This document shows, piece after piece, positions 1 to 9,815 of a stretch of DNA of 64,000 nucleotides; within the stretch, counting starts at the first letter, position 1; each line of letters starts with the position of its first letter. A program made the position numbers and the translations under genes. The stretch covers positions 128,001 to 192,000 of the forward strand of contig CAVZYA010000001.1 of assembly GCA_963779415.1 (NCBI GenBank), written 5' to 3'. This DNA comes from an uncultured Acidobacteriota bacterium (GTDB lineage Bacteria; Acidobacteriota; Thermoanaerobaculia; UBA5066). Under the pieces are notes generated by a model that saw nothing but the letters and a program-made list of their open reading frames with translations, did not search any database and had not been told where the DNA came from.

Positions 1-1710
1 TCGATCCTTCCCCTCATCGGGCTCCATTTCTCTCTCGCGAGCCTCAATCGCGACGCGCTCGAGACGTCGGAGAAGAAGTACCTGAAGGGGAGTTCGGTCA
101 CCCTCGCCGATTCCGTCGAGAAATACTTTCGGGAGGCCCAGAACGAGGTGATCCGGGTTGCCGACGGCATCCGGCTCGGACGGGAGATCGCGACCTCCTC
201 GGGGGCGAACGTCGACCCGTTCTTCTCGATCGGCCGCTCCCGCCTCCTCGACGCCTATATCGAGAGCTTTTCGCGGTCGGGAATACGCCTTCTCCGGGCC
301 GTCGACCGCGACGGCGTCGGGGCGACGGTCCCGGCGGAGAGTGTCGATCCCGGCCTCGAGGAGAAGCTCACGCAGGCGCTGAACGTGGCTCTCAAGGGGC
401 AAATCTGGCGGAGCGGCGAGCCGGTCTACCCGAAGTCGTTTCCGGACGGCGGGCTCGTCGTGGCGGCGCCGGTGCGCGCGGACGCGGCGGGCGTGATCGG
501 CGCCGTCCTCGCCTTCGTCTCCCTCCGCCCGCTGAAGGCCCAGTTCCTCCGGGTGGGGCAGGAGGCCGCGGGGCCGAAAGGGGCTTTCCTCGCCTACGTC
601 GTCGACCGGCGGGGCCATCTCCTCTTCTCGAGCGATCCGGCGGCGTTTCCGTCCCCGGACCTCTCGCGAATCGACCTCGTCCGGGAGTTCATGGCGCAGC
701 CCGTCCGGTTGACGAAGAGCTATGTCCGCGGTTCGGGGGAGTCGGCCCGGCGCGTCCTGGGAACGCTGGCGCCGGTCCCGCCCCCGACCGACTGGGGCGT
801 CATCGTCGAGACCGAGGAGCAGAGCGCCTTCGCCTCGGTCACGCGGACGGCGCAGGTCTCGACGGTCCTCGTCCTCCTCGCCGTCGCTCTCGCCGGGGGC
901 GTGGCCCTCGTCGCGGCACGGTTTCTCTCCCGTCCGGTTCTCGACCTCGTCGAGAAGGTCCGCTCCGTCGCCGATGGTCATTTCAAGCAGCGGGTGCCGG
1001 TGCGCGGGGTCTACGAGCTGGCGCAGCTCTCCGAGACCTTCAACTCGATGTCGGACTCGATCGAGAGGTCGGTCGAGCGTCTCCGCCTCGCGGCCCGCGA
1101 GAACCAGGAGCTGTTCATCAACTCGATCCGGACGCTCGCGGCCGCGATCGACGCGAAGGACCCCTACACGCGGGGCCATTCCGAGCGCGTGGCGCGATAT
1201 TCGGTCATGATCGCCCGGCACATGGATCTCTCACCCGAGGAAGTCCGCACCGTGAGGCTCGCGGCGCTTCTCCACGACGTCGGCAAGATCGGGATCGACG
1301 ACCGGATCCTCCGGAAGCCGACGGCGCTGACGAGCGAGGAGTTCGAGGTGATGAAGAGTCACCCGGTGAAGGGCTCCGTCATCATGGGCCAGATCCCGCA
1401 GCTGAAGGAGGTGGTGCCCGGCATCCGGAACCACCACGAGAAGTGGGCGGGCGGCGGGTACCCGGACGGCCTCGCCGGGGAGGCGATTCCGCGGATCGCC
1501 CGGATCATCGCGGTGGCGGACACGTTCGACGCGATGACGACGACGCGTCCCTACCAGAAGGCGATGCCGCTTCCGTACGTCATCGAGCGGGTCCGGAGCT
1601 TCGCCGGGAAGTCGTTCGACCCGGCGGTCACCGCGGCTCTCGAGAAGGCTTTCGCGAGCGGCGATCTCGAGTTCCTGGGTGAAGAGGTGCCCATGAAGGC
1701 TTCCGCATGA
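1..1710 (+). CDS. Membrane-bound HD-GYP c-di-GMP phosphodiesterase (periplasmic Cache-like sensor, TM helix, HAMP, HD-GYP); 5' end lies outside the window
   Basis: Frame is open from base 1. Motifs AKDPYTRGHSERV, LLHDVGKIG, HHEKWAGGGYP and VADTFDAMTTTRPY; HAMP segment follows the TM helix. Confidence 0.9.
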   Translation, partial: SILPLIGLHFSLASLNRDALETSEKKYLKGSSVTLADSVEKYFREAQNEVIRVADGIRLGREIATSSGANVDPFFSIGRSRLLDAYIESFSRSGIRLLRAVDRDGVGATVPAESVDPGLEEKLTQALNVALKGQIWRSGEPVYPKSFPDGGLVVAAPVRADAAGVIGAVLAFVSLRPLKAQFLRVGQEAAGPKGAFLAYVVDRRGHLLFSSDPAAFPSPDLSRIDLVREFMAQPVRLTKSYVRGSGESARRVLGTLAPVPPPTDWGVIVETEEQSAFASVTRTAQVSTVLVLLAVALAGGVALVAARFLSRPVLDLVEKVRSVADGHFKQRVPVRGVYELAQLSETFNSMSDSIERSVERLRLAARENQELFINSIRTLAAAIDAKDPYTRGHSERVARYSVMIARHMDLSPEEVRTVRLAALLHDVGKIGIDDRILRKPTALTSEEFEVMKSHPVKGSVIMGQIPQLKEVVPGIRNHHEKWAGGGYPDGLAGEAIPRIARIIAVADTFDAMTTTRPYQKAMPLPYVIERVRSFAGKSFDPAVTAALEKAFASGDLEFLGEEVPMKASA

Positions 1711-2486
1711 GGCGGCGGGCGGCCGCCGCTTTCGCCGCAGCCCTTCTCGCTTGCGCCTGCGGCGCCAAGATGGAGAAGCCTCCGGCGGAGAACCCGGTCC
1801 TCGCCGACCTCGTCGACTACCGGTCCGGCCTCCAGATGCTGCGCGAAGGGAGGGCCGACGAGGCCATCGCGGTTCTCTCCCGGGCCCGCCAGAGCAACCC
1901 GCGCGATCCGAACGTCTCGAACGCCCTCGGCCTCGCGCTCCTCTACAAGAAGGACTATCCCGCCGCCGAGAAGTCGTTCAACGAATCGCTCAAGCTCAAC
2001 CCCGACTTCCTCGAGGCACGCAACAACCGGGGCGTGACCGAGCTCGAGATGAACCGGCTCGACGACGCCGAGCGCGATTTCCAGGCCGTCCTGGACGGCC
2101 CGCAGTCGCCAGAAAGGGCGAACGCCCATTTCAACCTCGGTCTCGTCTACAGGAAGAGGGCCCAGTGGGTGGACGCGGAACGGGAGTTCTCCCTGGCTCT
2201 CGCCGACAGCCCGCAGATGATCCGTGCGATGCGGGAGCGGGGCGTCGTCCGCGTCCAGCTGGAGAACTTCCACGAGGCGCTTCCGGACTTCCTGGGCGCC
2301 CTGAAGGAAGACCCGAAGGACACCGTCTCCAACTACAACGCCGCCCTCTGCCTTCTCGCCGTGGGACGACGGGACCTCGCGCTCCGTTACATGGAGCGCG
2401 CGGCCGCGGACCCGGAGAGCGACGAGGGACGGAAAGCGTGGCGCTTCCTCGACGCGGAGCACCGCAACGCGAAAGAGCCGAAATGA
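1707..2486 (+). CDS. TPR-repeat lipoprotein (PilF/PilW/Tgl-like)
   Basis: Signal peptide with lipobox LACAC; several TPRs (NALGLAL, ARNNRG, AHFNLGLVY); ATGA overlap with the upstream gene. Confidence 0.75.
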   Translation: MRRRAAAAFAAALLACACGAKMEKPPAENPVLADLVDYRSGLQMLREGRADEAIAVLSRARQSNPRDPNVSNALGLALLYKKDYPAAEKSFNESLKLNPDFLEARNNRGVTELEMNRLDDAERDFQAVLDGPQSPERANAHFNLGLVYRKRAQWVDAEREFSLALADSPQMIRAMRERGVVRVQLENFHEALPDFLGALKEDPKDTVSNYNAALCLLAVGRRDLALRYMERAAADPESDEGRKAWRFLDAEHRNAKEPK

Positions 2487-2833
2487 GATTTCACGAGATC
2501 CTCGACGGCCTTCTCGCGGCGCCTGGAGCCCTGGCAGCCGCTTTCATCGACCCCCAGGGGCAGACCGTCGCCCAGGCGGGCGATCCGGCGGTCACCGAGG
2601 TCCTCGGCGTCCTGCAGTCCGTCTGGCTCGGCGAGCTGGAGCGCGCGGCGCGACGCGCCGGGCTCGGGCCCGTCCAGGACCTCTCGCTCGAGTTCGCGAA
2701 CCAGCGGGTCCTCTCGGCGCAGGTCAAGGAGGGGTATTTCCTCCTCGTCGTCTTCGAGGCGGGAGGCCTTCCGTCCTTCGCGCGATCCCGCCTGGACGAG
2801 GCGCGGCGCGAGCTGGCCGAGGAGATCGGCTGA
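2483..2833 (+). CDS. Roadblock/LC7 domain protein (MglB/MglC-like)
   Basis: ATG at 2483 overlaps the TPR stop; 116 aa MRFHEILDGLLAAPGALAAAFIDPQG...YFLLVVF fits the roadblock pattern. Confidence 0.7.
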   Translation: MRFHEILDGLLAAPGALAAAFIDPQGQTVAQAGDPAVTEVLGVLQSVWLGELERAARRAGLGPVQDLSLEFANQRVLSAQVKEGYFLLVVFEAGGLPSFARSRLDEARRELAEEIG

Positions 2834-2860
2834 CGCGCGCCGCCTGATACTCTCGCCGCG

Positions 2861-3787
2861 ATGGCCGACTCCCGTTCGCTCTTCGCCCGGCTGAAGCGCG
2901 GGCTCTTCATGACCCACACCGAGCTGATCAGCCGGGTGGGGACGGCGGTGAAGGGGGCGCTGGCGCCCGATCCGGCGGCACTCGAGGCGCTCGAAGAGGC
3001 GCTCCTCCTCTCGGACGTCGGGCCGGCGACGGCGCGGGAACTGGTGGCCGCCGTCCGCGAGGAGGCGGGGCGCCGCGGCTCCGAGAAGGGGGACGTCGTC
3101 CGCGACGTCCTCCGGCAGGAGATCGCGCGGCGGCTCGACGTTCCCGCACCCGCGGCCGCGGTGCCGGCGACCGGCCCACGGGTCGTCCTCGTCGTCGGCG
3201 TCAACGGGACGGGGAAGACGACGACCGCGGCCAAGCTCGGCGCCCGCGCGGTCGGCGAAGGGAAGTCCGTCGTCTTCGGCGCCGCGGACACCTTCCGCGC
3301 GGCCGCGATCGAGCAGCTCGGCATCTGGGCAGAGCGCCTCGGCGTGCCGCTCGTCTCTCACCGCCCCGGCGCCGATCCGGCGGCGGTCGTCCACGACGCC
3401 TGTTCGGCCGCGAAGTCGCGGAAGGCCGATCTTCTCCTCGTCGACACGGCCGGGCGGCTTCACACGAAGCACAACCTGATGGAGGAGCTGGCGAAGATCC
3501 GGCGGATCGCCGCGCGGGAGATTCCCGGCGCCCCGCACGAGGTCCTCCTCGTCCTGGACGCCGTCACGGGGCTGAACGGCCTCGCGCAGGCGCGCGAGTT
3601 CACGAAGTCGGCCGGCGTCACGGGGCTCGTCCTGACGAAGATGGACGGGACGGCGAAGGGGGGAGTCATCCTTCCGATCGTCCGGGAGCTGAAGGTCCCG
3701 GTCCGCTACGTGGGCGTCGGGGAGACCGTCGAAGACCTGATCGACTTCGATCCCGCCGCGTTCGCCCGCGCGCTCGTCGATGGCTGA
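2861..3787 (+). CDS. ftsY: Signal recognition particle receptor FtsY (NG domain only)
   Basis: Motifs GVNGTGKTTT, DTFRAAA, DTAGR, TKMDGTAKGG. Confidence 0.97.
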   Translation: MADSRSLFARLKRGLFMTHTELISRVGTAVKGALAPDPAALEALEEALLLSDVGPATARELVAAVREEAGRRGSEKGDVVRDVLRQEIARRLDVPAPAAAVPATGPRVVLVVGVNGTGKTTTAAKLGARAVGEGKSVVFGAADTFRAAAIEQLGIWAERLGVPLVSHRPGADPAAVVHDACSAAKSRKADLLLVDTAGRLHTKHNLMEELAKIRRIAAREIPGAPHEVLLVLDAVTGLNGLAQAREFTKSAGVTGLVLTKMDGTAKGGVILPIVRELKVPVRYVGVGETVEDLIDFDPAAFARALVDG

Positions 3788-4910
3788 CGACGCCCCGATC
3801 TGGGAACGGGTCTTCGCCCTCGCCGAGCGGGGCCGGTACTCGACGTCTCCCAATCCTCACGTCGGCGCCGTCCTCGCGGACGACAAGGGGAGGGTCGTCG
3901 GCGAAGGGTTCCACGACCGGGCGGGGGGACCGCACGCGGAGATCGTCGCCCTCCGCGCCGCCGGCGGGAAGGCGCGCGGCGCGACGCTCTTCGTCAACCT
4001 CGAGCCGTGTGCCGGGCAGGGCCGGACGCCTCCCTGCGCGGAGGAGCTGATCGCCGCGGGCGTGGGCCGCGTCCTCTGCTCCCTCGAGGATCCCGACCCG
4101 CGGACCTCGGGGCGCGGCGTCCGTCGGCTCCGTGAGAAGGGGATCGACGTGGAGGTGGGGGCGCGCTCCGAGGCCGCGTCGCGGCTCAACGAGATCTTTC
4201 TCGTCTCCCAGCGTGAGGGGCGCCCGTTCGTTCATCTGAAATGGGCGGCGTCGCTCGACGGGCGGATCGCGGCCCCGGGGGGCGCCTCGAAATGGATCAC
4301 CGGAGAGGCGGCCCGGGGGGACGCTCTCCGCCTCCGGGAGGAGCACGATGCGATTCTCGTCGGGGCCGGAACCGTTCTCGCCGACGACCCGCTCCTGACG
4401 CGGCGGCTTGGGCTCGCACGGTCGATCCTCCCGCATCGCCGGATCGTCCTCGACGGGGCGCTCCGGGTCCCGGCGACAGCGCGCGTCTTCGAACGGATCG
4501 AGGGATCGGAGGCGTGGCTGGTCACGACCCGAACCGGAGAGAGAGAGGGAGAGGGGGAGACGCGGCGCTTCGCGCCGTTCCTCGAGAAGGGAGTCGAGAT
4601 CATCGCCCTTCCGGCATGCGGATCCGGGATCGATCCCGCGGCGCTTCTTTCGAGGCTTCACGCTCTCGAGGTCCGGTCACTTCTCGTCGAGGGCGGTGCG
4701 AAGACGGCCTGGTCGTTTCTCTCGGCAGGACTCGTGGATCGGGTCACAGCGTACTTCGCGCCGCTGCTGCTCGGTGGGGAAGCGGCCCCGGGTCCGCTGG
4801 GCGGCTCCGGATTTCCGGATCCCGCCTCCGCCTTCCGGACGGGCTCGCTCGACGTCGAGCGGTTCGGCGAGGACCTCAGGATCTCGGCGCCCCTCGCGCG
4901 GCGAGCGTAG
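3780..4910 (+). CDS. ribD: Riboflavin biosynthesis deaminase/reductase RibD
   Basis: Motifs PNPHVGAV, HAE, LEPC...TPPC, SLDGRIA, VEGG. Confidence 0.96.
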   Translation: MADDAPIWERVFALAERGRYSTSPNPHVGAVLADDKGRVVGEGFHDRAGGPHAEIVALRAAGGKARGATLFVNLEPCAGQGRTPPCAEELIAAGVGRVLCSLEDPDPRTSGRGVRRLREKGIDVEVGARSEAASRLNEIFLVSQREGRPFVHLKWAASLDGRIAAPGGASKWITGEAARGDALRLREEHDAILVGAGTVLADDPLLTRRLGLARSILPHRRIVLDGALRVPATARVFERIEGSEAWLVTTRTGEREGEGETRRFAPFLEKGVEIIALPACGSGIDPAALLSRLHALEVRSLLVEGGAKTAWSFLSAGLVDRVTAYFAPLLLGGEAAPGPLGGSGFPDPASAFRTGSLDVERFGEDLRISAPLARRA

Positions 4911-4920
4911 GATCGGGCGG

Positions 4921-5562
4921 ATGTTCACGGGGATCGTCTCCTCGAAAGCCCGGGTGGTGCGCCTCACGCGCCGGCCGAAGGGGGCCTTCCTCGAGATCGA
5001 GCGCCCGGCCGGCTGGAACGACGTCTCGCCCGGAGAGAGCATCGCCGTCTCGGGTGTCTGCCTCACGGCCCTCGCGCCGTCGAACGCGGGGCCTCTCCGT
5101 TTCGACCTCTCGCCGGAAACGCTTTCCCGGTCGACGCTCGGGAAGGCCTCGCCCGGCGCCGGAGTCAACCTCGAGCGGGCGCTTGCGGCCTCGGACCGGC
5201 TCGGCGGGCATGTCGTGGCGGGGCATGTCGACGCGACGACCCCGATTACGGGGATCGTGCCGGCGGACGACTTCTGGACCGTCTCGTTCGCTCTCGACGC
5301 CTCCTGGGCCCGCTACGTCGTCGAGAAGGGCTCCATCGCGCTCGACGGGATCTCCCTCACCGTGGCGCGTCTCGGGGACGACCGGTTCGACGTCGCCGTC
5401 ATCCCCCACACGTGGGAGGAGACGACGCTCTCGGAGCGGTCGGTGGGCGACCTCGTGAACGTCGAGGTCGACGTCCTCGCGAAGTACGTCGAACGGATGC
5501 TCGAAGGGCATCGGTCGCGCCAAGACAGGGACGAAAGGCTTCGGGAGCTCCTCTCGTCTTGA
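4921..5562 (+). CDS. ribE: Riboflavin synthase (alpha chain)
   Basis: Starts MFTGIV at ATG 4921; motifs GVCLT, VNLERAL, GGHVVAGHVD, KGSIALDGISLT. Confidence 0.96.
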   Translation: MFTGIVSSKARVVRLTRRPKGAFLEIERPAGWNDVSPGESIAVSGVCLTALAPSNAGPLRFDLSPETLSRSTLGKASPGAGVNLERALAASDRLGGHVVAGHVDATTPITGIVPADDFWTVSFALDASWARYVVEKGSIALDGISLTVARLGDDRFDVAVIPHTWEETTLSERSVGDLVNVEVDVLAKYVERMLEGHRSRQDRDERLRELLSS

Positions 5563-6716
5563 CCCCGGGCGCCTACGTCCACATCCCGTTCTGCGCCCAC
5601 CGCTGCGCCTACTGTTCGTTCGTGGCGCTCGAAGGGAGATCCGAGGAGAAGAGTCTCTTCGAAGGGGTGGAGAGGGAGATTCGCTCGAGGGGAGCCGACG
5701 CGTCGCGCGGCCTTCGGAACTTCGACTCGGTCTACTTCGGAGGGGGTACTCCATCGTACGTCGACGCGATCCGGCTCCGCGGCGTGCTCGGGACACTCGA
5801 AGAAGTCTTCGGTCTCTCTTCAGATGTCGAGATGACGGCCGAAGCCAACCCGGACGACCTGGACGGCGAGAAGCTCCGTGCGCTCCGCGCCGTGGGCATC
5901 AATCGCCTCTCCGTCGGGGTCCAGTCCCTCGTGGACGAGGAGCTGGTGCCGCTCGAGCGCCGGCACGACGCGGCGGGAGCGCGACGAGCCGTGGAGGAAG
6001 CTTGCCGGCTCTTCGGAAACGTCTCGGCCGACCTGATGATCGGCATTCCGGGGCAGACGCGGACGACCCTCCGCCAAAGCGTGGACGGGCTTCTCGCGGC
6101 GGGGATCCGCCACCTTTCGGTCTACCTCCTCGAGATCGAGAAGGCGCCGCGTCTCGTCCGGCTCCTCTCCGAGCGGCCGGAGCTCTTCGCCGACGACGAC
6201 GAGATGGCCGACCGCTGGCTGGAGGTGGACGAAACGCTTGAAGCTGCCGGCCTGCCGCGCTACGAGATCTCGAACTGGGCGCGCCCCGGCTTCGAGAGCC
6301 GGCACAATCTGAAGTACTGGACCCTCGCCCCCGTCCTCGGATTCGGCGTCGCGGCGCACAGCTTCGACGGAAGGCGCCGAAGCGCCAACACCGGAATGCT
6401 CATGGAGTACCTCCGTCGAACGCGGGCGGGCGAATCGACGACGGCGACGGTCGAAGAGAACGCCGGGGGATCGGATTTTCTCAGAAGGAAGGAGAGACTG
6501 ATGCTGGGCCTGCGGCTGGCGGAGGGCGTCCCCTCTTCCTCATTCGATGAAATCCGGTCCTCGCTGCCCGCCGCGGAGGCCTCGCGGATTGGAGATGCAT
6601 TCGACGCCGGACTCCTGGAGACCGTCGACGAGGCGGGGGAGCGTGCCGGTCGACGGGTTCGCCTCACGCGCAAGGGCGTGCTCCTCTCGAACGAGGTCTT
6701 CGCGCTTTTCCTCTAG
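5559..6716 (+). CDS. hemW: Radical SAM heme chaperone HemW (HemN-like)
   Basis: TTG start overlaps the ribE stop; motifs YVHIPFC-x3-C-x2-C, GGGTPS, YEISNW, HNLKYW. Confidence 0.9.
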   Translation: MTPGAYVHIPFCAHRCAYCSFVALEGRSEEKSLFEGVEREIRSRGADASRGLRNFDSVYFGGGTPSYVDAIRLRGVLGTLEEVFGLSSDVEMTAEANPDDLDGEKLRALRAVGINRLSVGVQSLVDEELVPLERRHDAAGARRAVEEACRLFGNVSADLMIGIPGQTRTTLRQSVDGLLAAGIRHLSVYLLEIEKAPRLVRLLSERPELFADDDEMADRWLEVDETLEAAGLPRYEISNWARPGFESRHNLKYWTLAPVLGFGVAAHSFDGRRRSANTGMLMEYLRRTRAGESTTATVEENAGGSDFLRRKERLMLGLRLAEGVPSSSFDEIRSSLPAAEASRIGDAFDAGLLETVDEAGERAGRRVRLTRKGVLLSNEVFALFL

Positions 6717-8129
6717 GCCGAGGTGGACGCCGCCCCGTTGCGGCGCCGGAAGATGAAGAAGGCCGGGACGCCGAGGGCGACGATGACGAGGCCCGGAATC
6801 GTGTACGTCGGCTTGTAGAGGGCGAGGGCGATCGTGACGTAGACCGTGGCGGCGACGTAGAGAACCGGGATGATTCGCTCGGCGACGGAGCGGGCCTCGA
6901 GTGCCGGGATCGTCCGCGCGAGCCGCCAGCGCCCCACGATCGTGGCGATGTAGAAGATGAGGACGGTCGTGATGACGTAGTCGAGGAGGTCTCCGTACTT
7001 TCCGGAGAGACAGAGGAGGGAGGCCCAGACGGCCTGGGCGACGAGGGCGGCGACGGGGATCTGGCTCTTCGGCGACACCTCGGCGAAGAGCGGGAAGAAG
7101 AGGCGGTCCCGGGACATGGCGTAGAGGACCCGCGCACCCGAGAGAATCAGGCCGTTCAGGCAGCCGAAGGTCGAGACGAGGATGACGATCGCCATCACGG
7201 CTCCGGCCAGGCCGCTCTCGGAGCCTCCCGCGGCGGCCGCGATCGACGCCGTCGCGACGCGGTCCTCGGGAGCCGACGCGATGTCCCCGAGGGAGAGGAC
7301 GTTCAGGTAGCCGACGTTCGTCAGGGTGTAGAGGATCGTCACGAGAGCCGTCCCGTAGACGAGCGCCTTCGGGACGTTGTGCTCGGCGTCGCGCACCTCC
7401 TCGCCGAGAAAAGTGACGTTGTTCCAGGAGTCGGCGGCGAAGAGCGATCCGACCGTCGCGACGGCGAAGGCCCAGGCGAGGGGAATCGCGAGATCCGATG
7501 TCGCCGGAAGGGCCCAGGAGAGCGACGGGAGGCGGCTCCCGGCGACGAAGCAGACGGCCATGAGGCCGAGGAGCGAAAGGACCTTCGCCGAGGTGAAGAC
7601 GTTCTGGAGAGTCGCGACGTTCCGGACGCTCGTCGTGTTCCACCAGGTCAGAAAGGCGATGAGGGCGATGGCGACGAGCTCGACGGGAGAGAGCCGGAGA
7701 AACCGCGCGTGGAAGAAGACATGCTTCGAGGAGACCGCCGGCAGAAGAGACGCCGAGGTACTTCGCGAAGGCGACACCGACGGCCGCGAGCGTTCCCGTC
7801 TGGATGACGAGGAGCATCGCCCAGCCGTAGAGGAAACCCCCGAGGTCGCCCCACGCCTCGCGGAGGAAGACGTACTGGCCCCCCGCCTTCGGAAAGACCA
7901 TCGCGAGCTTGCCGTAGCTCCAGGCGCCGGCGACCGTGACGAGGGCCGTGAAGACCCAGACGAGGAGAAGGAGGGAGGCGCTCTTGACCTGCCGCGAGAT
8001 GTCGGCCGAGACGATGAAGATCCCGGAGCCGATCATCGAGCCCGCCACGACCGTCGTGGCGTCCAGAAGACCGAGCCGCCGCGGGAGGGTCCGCGGCGGC
8101 GCGATGCTGGGGTGGGTGACGGAGCCCAT
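6713..8129 (-). CDS. APC-family amino acid permease, split by an apparent 1-nt frameshift near 7748
   Basis: The N-terminus (GSMIGSGIF, PKAGGQYVFL) is in ORF 6540-8129 and the remaining TM helices are in ORF 6713-7777. The junction reads GGC GTC T CTT CTG CCG on the minus strand. Confidence 0.85.
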
Positions 8130-8166
8130 GGGAACTGCAGAGGGTTCCGCCTCGGGGCGGAGCGCC

Positions 8167-8589
8167 CTACTGGGCCGGGTTCACCCAGTCCATGACGATG
8201 CCGATGTTCTTGGCGCCGTTGTTCCGGACGATGTCCATGACCTTCATCGCGTCGCCGTAGTTGGCGGCGTCCTCGGCCGAGAAGAAGACGACCTTGTTCC
8301 CGCGGTTCTTGAGGAGCTCCTGCAGTCGGATGGCGAGGTTTCCGGCTTCCACCCGCTCCTTGTTCAGATAGATCTCCCGGCGGGCCGTCAGGGAGACGAT
8401 GAGCTGGTCCGTCGCCTGCGGCGGGGGAGTGTTCATCTCCGCCTTGGGCGGGACCGAGACGTCGTAGCCGCGCTGCATGAGGGGCTGGATCACCATGAAG
8501 ATGATCAGGAGGACGAGAACGACATCCACGAGAGGCGTGACATTGATCTCCGACTTCGGTCCGGCGTGGCTGCCTACATCCATTCCCAT
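8167..8589 (-). CDS. exbD: Biopolymer transporter ExbD/TolR
   Basis: TM motif EINVTPLVDVVLVLLIIFMV containing the essential Asp. Confidence 0.93.
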   Translation of the reverse strand: MGMDVGSHAGPKSEINVTPLVDVVLVLLIIFMVIQPLMQRGYDVSVPPKAEMNTPPPQATDQLIVSLTARREIYLNKERVEAGNLAIRLQELLKNRGNKVVFFSAEDAANYGDAMKVMDIVRNNGAKNIGIVMDWVNPAQ

Positions 8590-8601
8590 CGTCCGCCTCC
8601 C

Positions 8602-9021
8602 TTACTGCTCGCCCTTTTTCTCGGTGATGAGGGCGACCTTCTCGAAGCCCCCCTCCTTGACCATCTTCATCACGTTCCGGACGTCGCCGTACGAGAGACG
8701 GGAGTCCGCCTTGATGAGGATGTCCTTGCTCGAGGCGCGCTCGCCGAGTTCCTTCATCTTCGCGAGGAACTCCTTGTCGGGGAACCACTTCGTGTCAATG
8801 AAGACGGCCTTGTCGGCCTGCACGGAGACCAGGACCTCGTTCTGCGATTCCGGCTTCTTGCCGGGATTGTCGGTCTGCGGCAGGAGGACCGGCCGTCCCT
8901 TCTGCAGCATCGGCGTGACCACCATGAAGATGATCAGGAGGACGAGACAGACGTCCACCAGCGGCGTGACGTTGATCTCGCTCTTGACGTCCTGGCGGCC
9001 CCCGAAGTCTTCCATTCCCAT
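8602..9021 (-). CDS. exbD: Biopolymer transporter ExbD/TolR (second copy)
   Basis: Motifs EINVTPLVDVCLVLLIIFMV and KADSRLSYG. Confidence 0.93.
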   Translation of the reverse strand: MGMEDFGGRQDVKSEINVTPLVDVCLVLLIIFMVVTPMLQKGRPVLLPQTDNPGKKPESQNEVLVSVQADKAVFIDTKWFPDKEFLAKMKELGERASSKDILIKADSRLSYGDVRNVMKMVKEGGFEKVALITEKKGEQ

Positions 9022-9038
9022 TGCCGGATCTCCTTTTT

Positions 9039-9060
9039 CCGGGGGGACGTTTCCCCCCGG
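9039..9060. repeat. G/C-run hairpin between exbB and exbD
   Basis: CCGGGGGGA-CGTT-TCCCCCCGG (9-bp stem) next to a further C6 run. Confidence 0.6.
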
Positions 9061-9067
9061 TCCCCCC

Positions 9068-9745
9068 TCATGCCGCCTTTGCCGCCTGCCGCTTCAGGAA
9101 GTAGTCGATCAGCTCCGACGAGGAGTTCGACATCTCGACCTGGAAGCGCTCGATCTTGTTGAGGAAGTAGTTGTAGAACCAGACCGCCGGGATGGCGACG
9201 CCGAGGCCGGCGGCCGTCCCGTAGAGCGCTTCGGCGATACCGGCCGACACGGCACCGAGTCCCCCCGTGCCCGTCGCGGCCATGCCGGCGAACGACCGGA
9301 TGATGCCGATGACGGTGGCGAAGAGGCCGATGAAAGGCGCGGTCGTCGCGATCGTCGCGAGGCCGCCGAGCCCCTTCTTCATGTCCGCGGTCGTCATGAG
9401 GGCCGAGCGCTCGATGGCCCGCTCGGCCGCCGAGACGGTGTCGTGCCCGACGACGACGCCGTGCTCGCCGTAGTTGAACTCCAGGAGTCCGGCCGACACG
9501 ACCTTGGCGACGTGGCTCTCCTTGTATTTCTTGGCGAGGTCGATCCCTTCCCGGATCTTGTCCTGCTTCAGGAGCTGTCCGATCTCCAGCGCGAACTTCA
9601 CGGACTGCTTCCGGGCCTTGTTGAAGGTCAGGAGCCGCTCGATGAAGACCGTGACGGAGTAGATCGACAGGAACACCAAAAGCAGCATGATCCCCTTGAC
9701 CAGGGGGCTCATGACGGTCCAGATGTGTCCCCAATCCATCGACAT
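9068..9745 (-). CDS. exbB: MotA/TolQ/ExbB proton channel protein
   Basis: Motifs LATIATTAPFIGLFATVIGII and GIAEALYGTAAGLGVAIPA. Confidence 0.93.
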   Translation of the reverse strand: MSMDWGHIWTVMSPLVKGIMLLLVFLSIYSVTVFIERLLTFNKARKQSVKFALEIGQLLKQDKIREGIDLAKKYKESHVAKVVSAGLLEFNYGEHGVVVGHDTVSAAERAIERSALMTTADMKKGLGGLATIATTAPFIGLFATVIGIIRSFAGMAATGTGGLGAVSAGIAEALYGTAAGLGVAIPAVWFYNYFLNKIERFQVEMSNSSSELIDYFLKRQAAKAA

Positions 9746-9815
9746 AGCTAAAAGTCCTCCTTTACTCGGAACGATTGAATCTTGAGTCGGTCTCCCGAAT
9801 CGGCCGGACGCCGCC

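Noticed and set aside
2834-3780. FMN riboswitch for the rib genes
   Set aside because: ribD overlaps ftsY and there is no intergenic room or RFN-like sequence.
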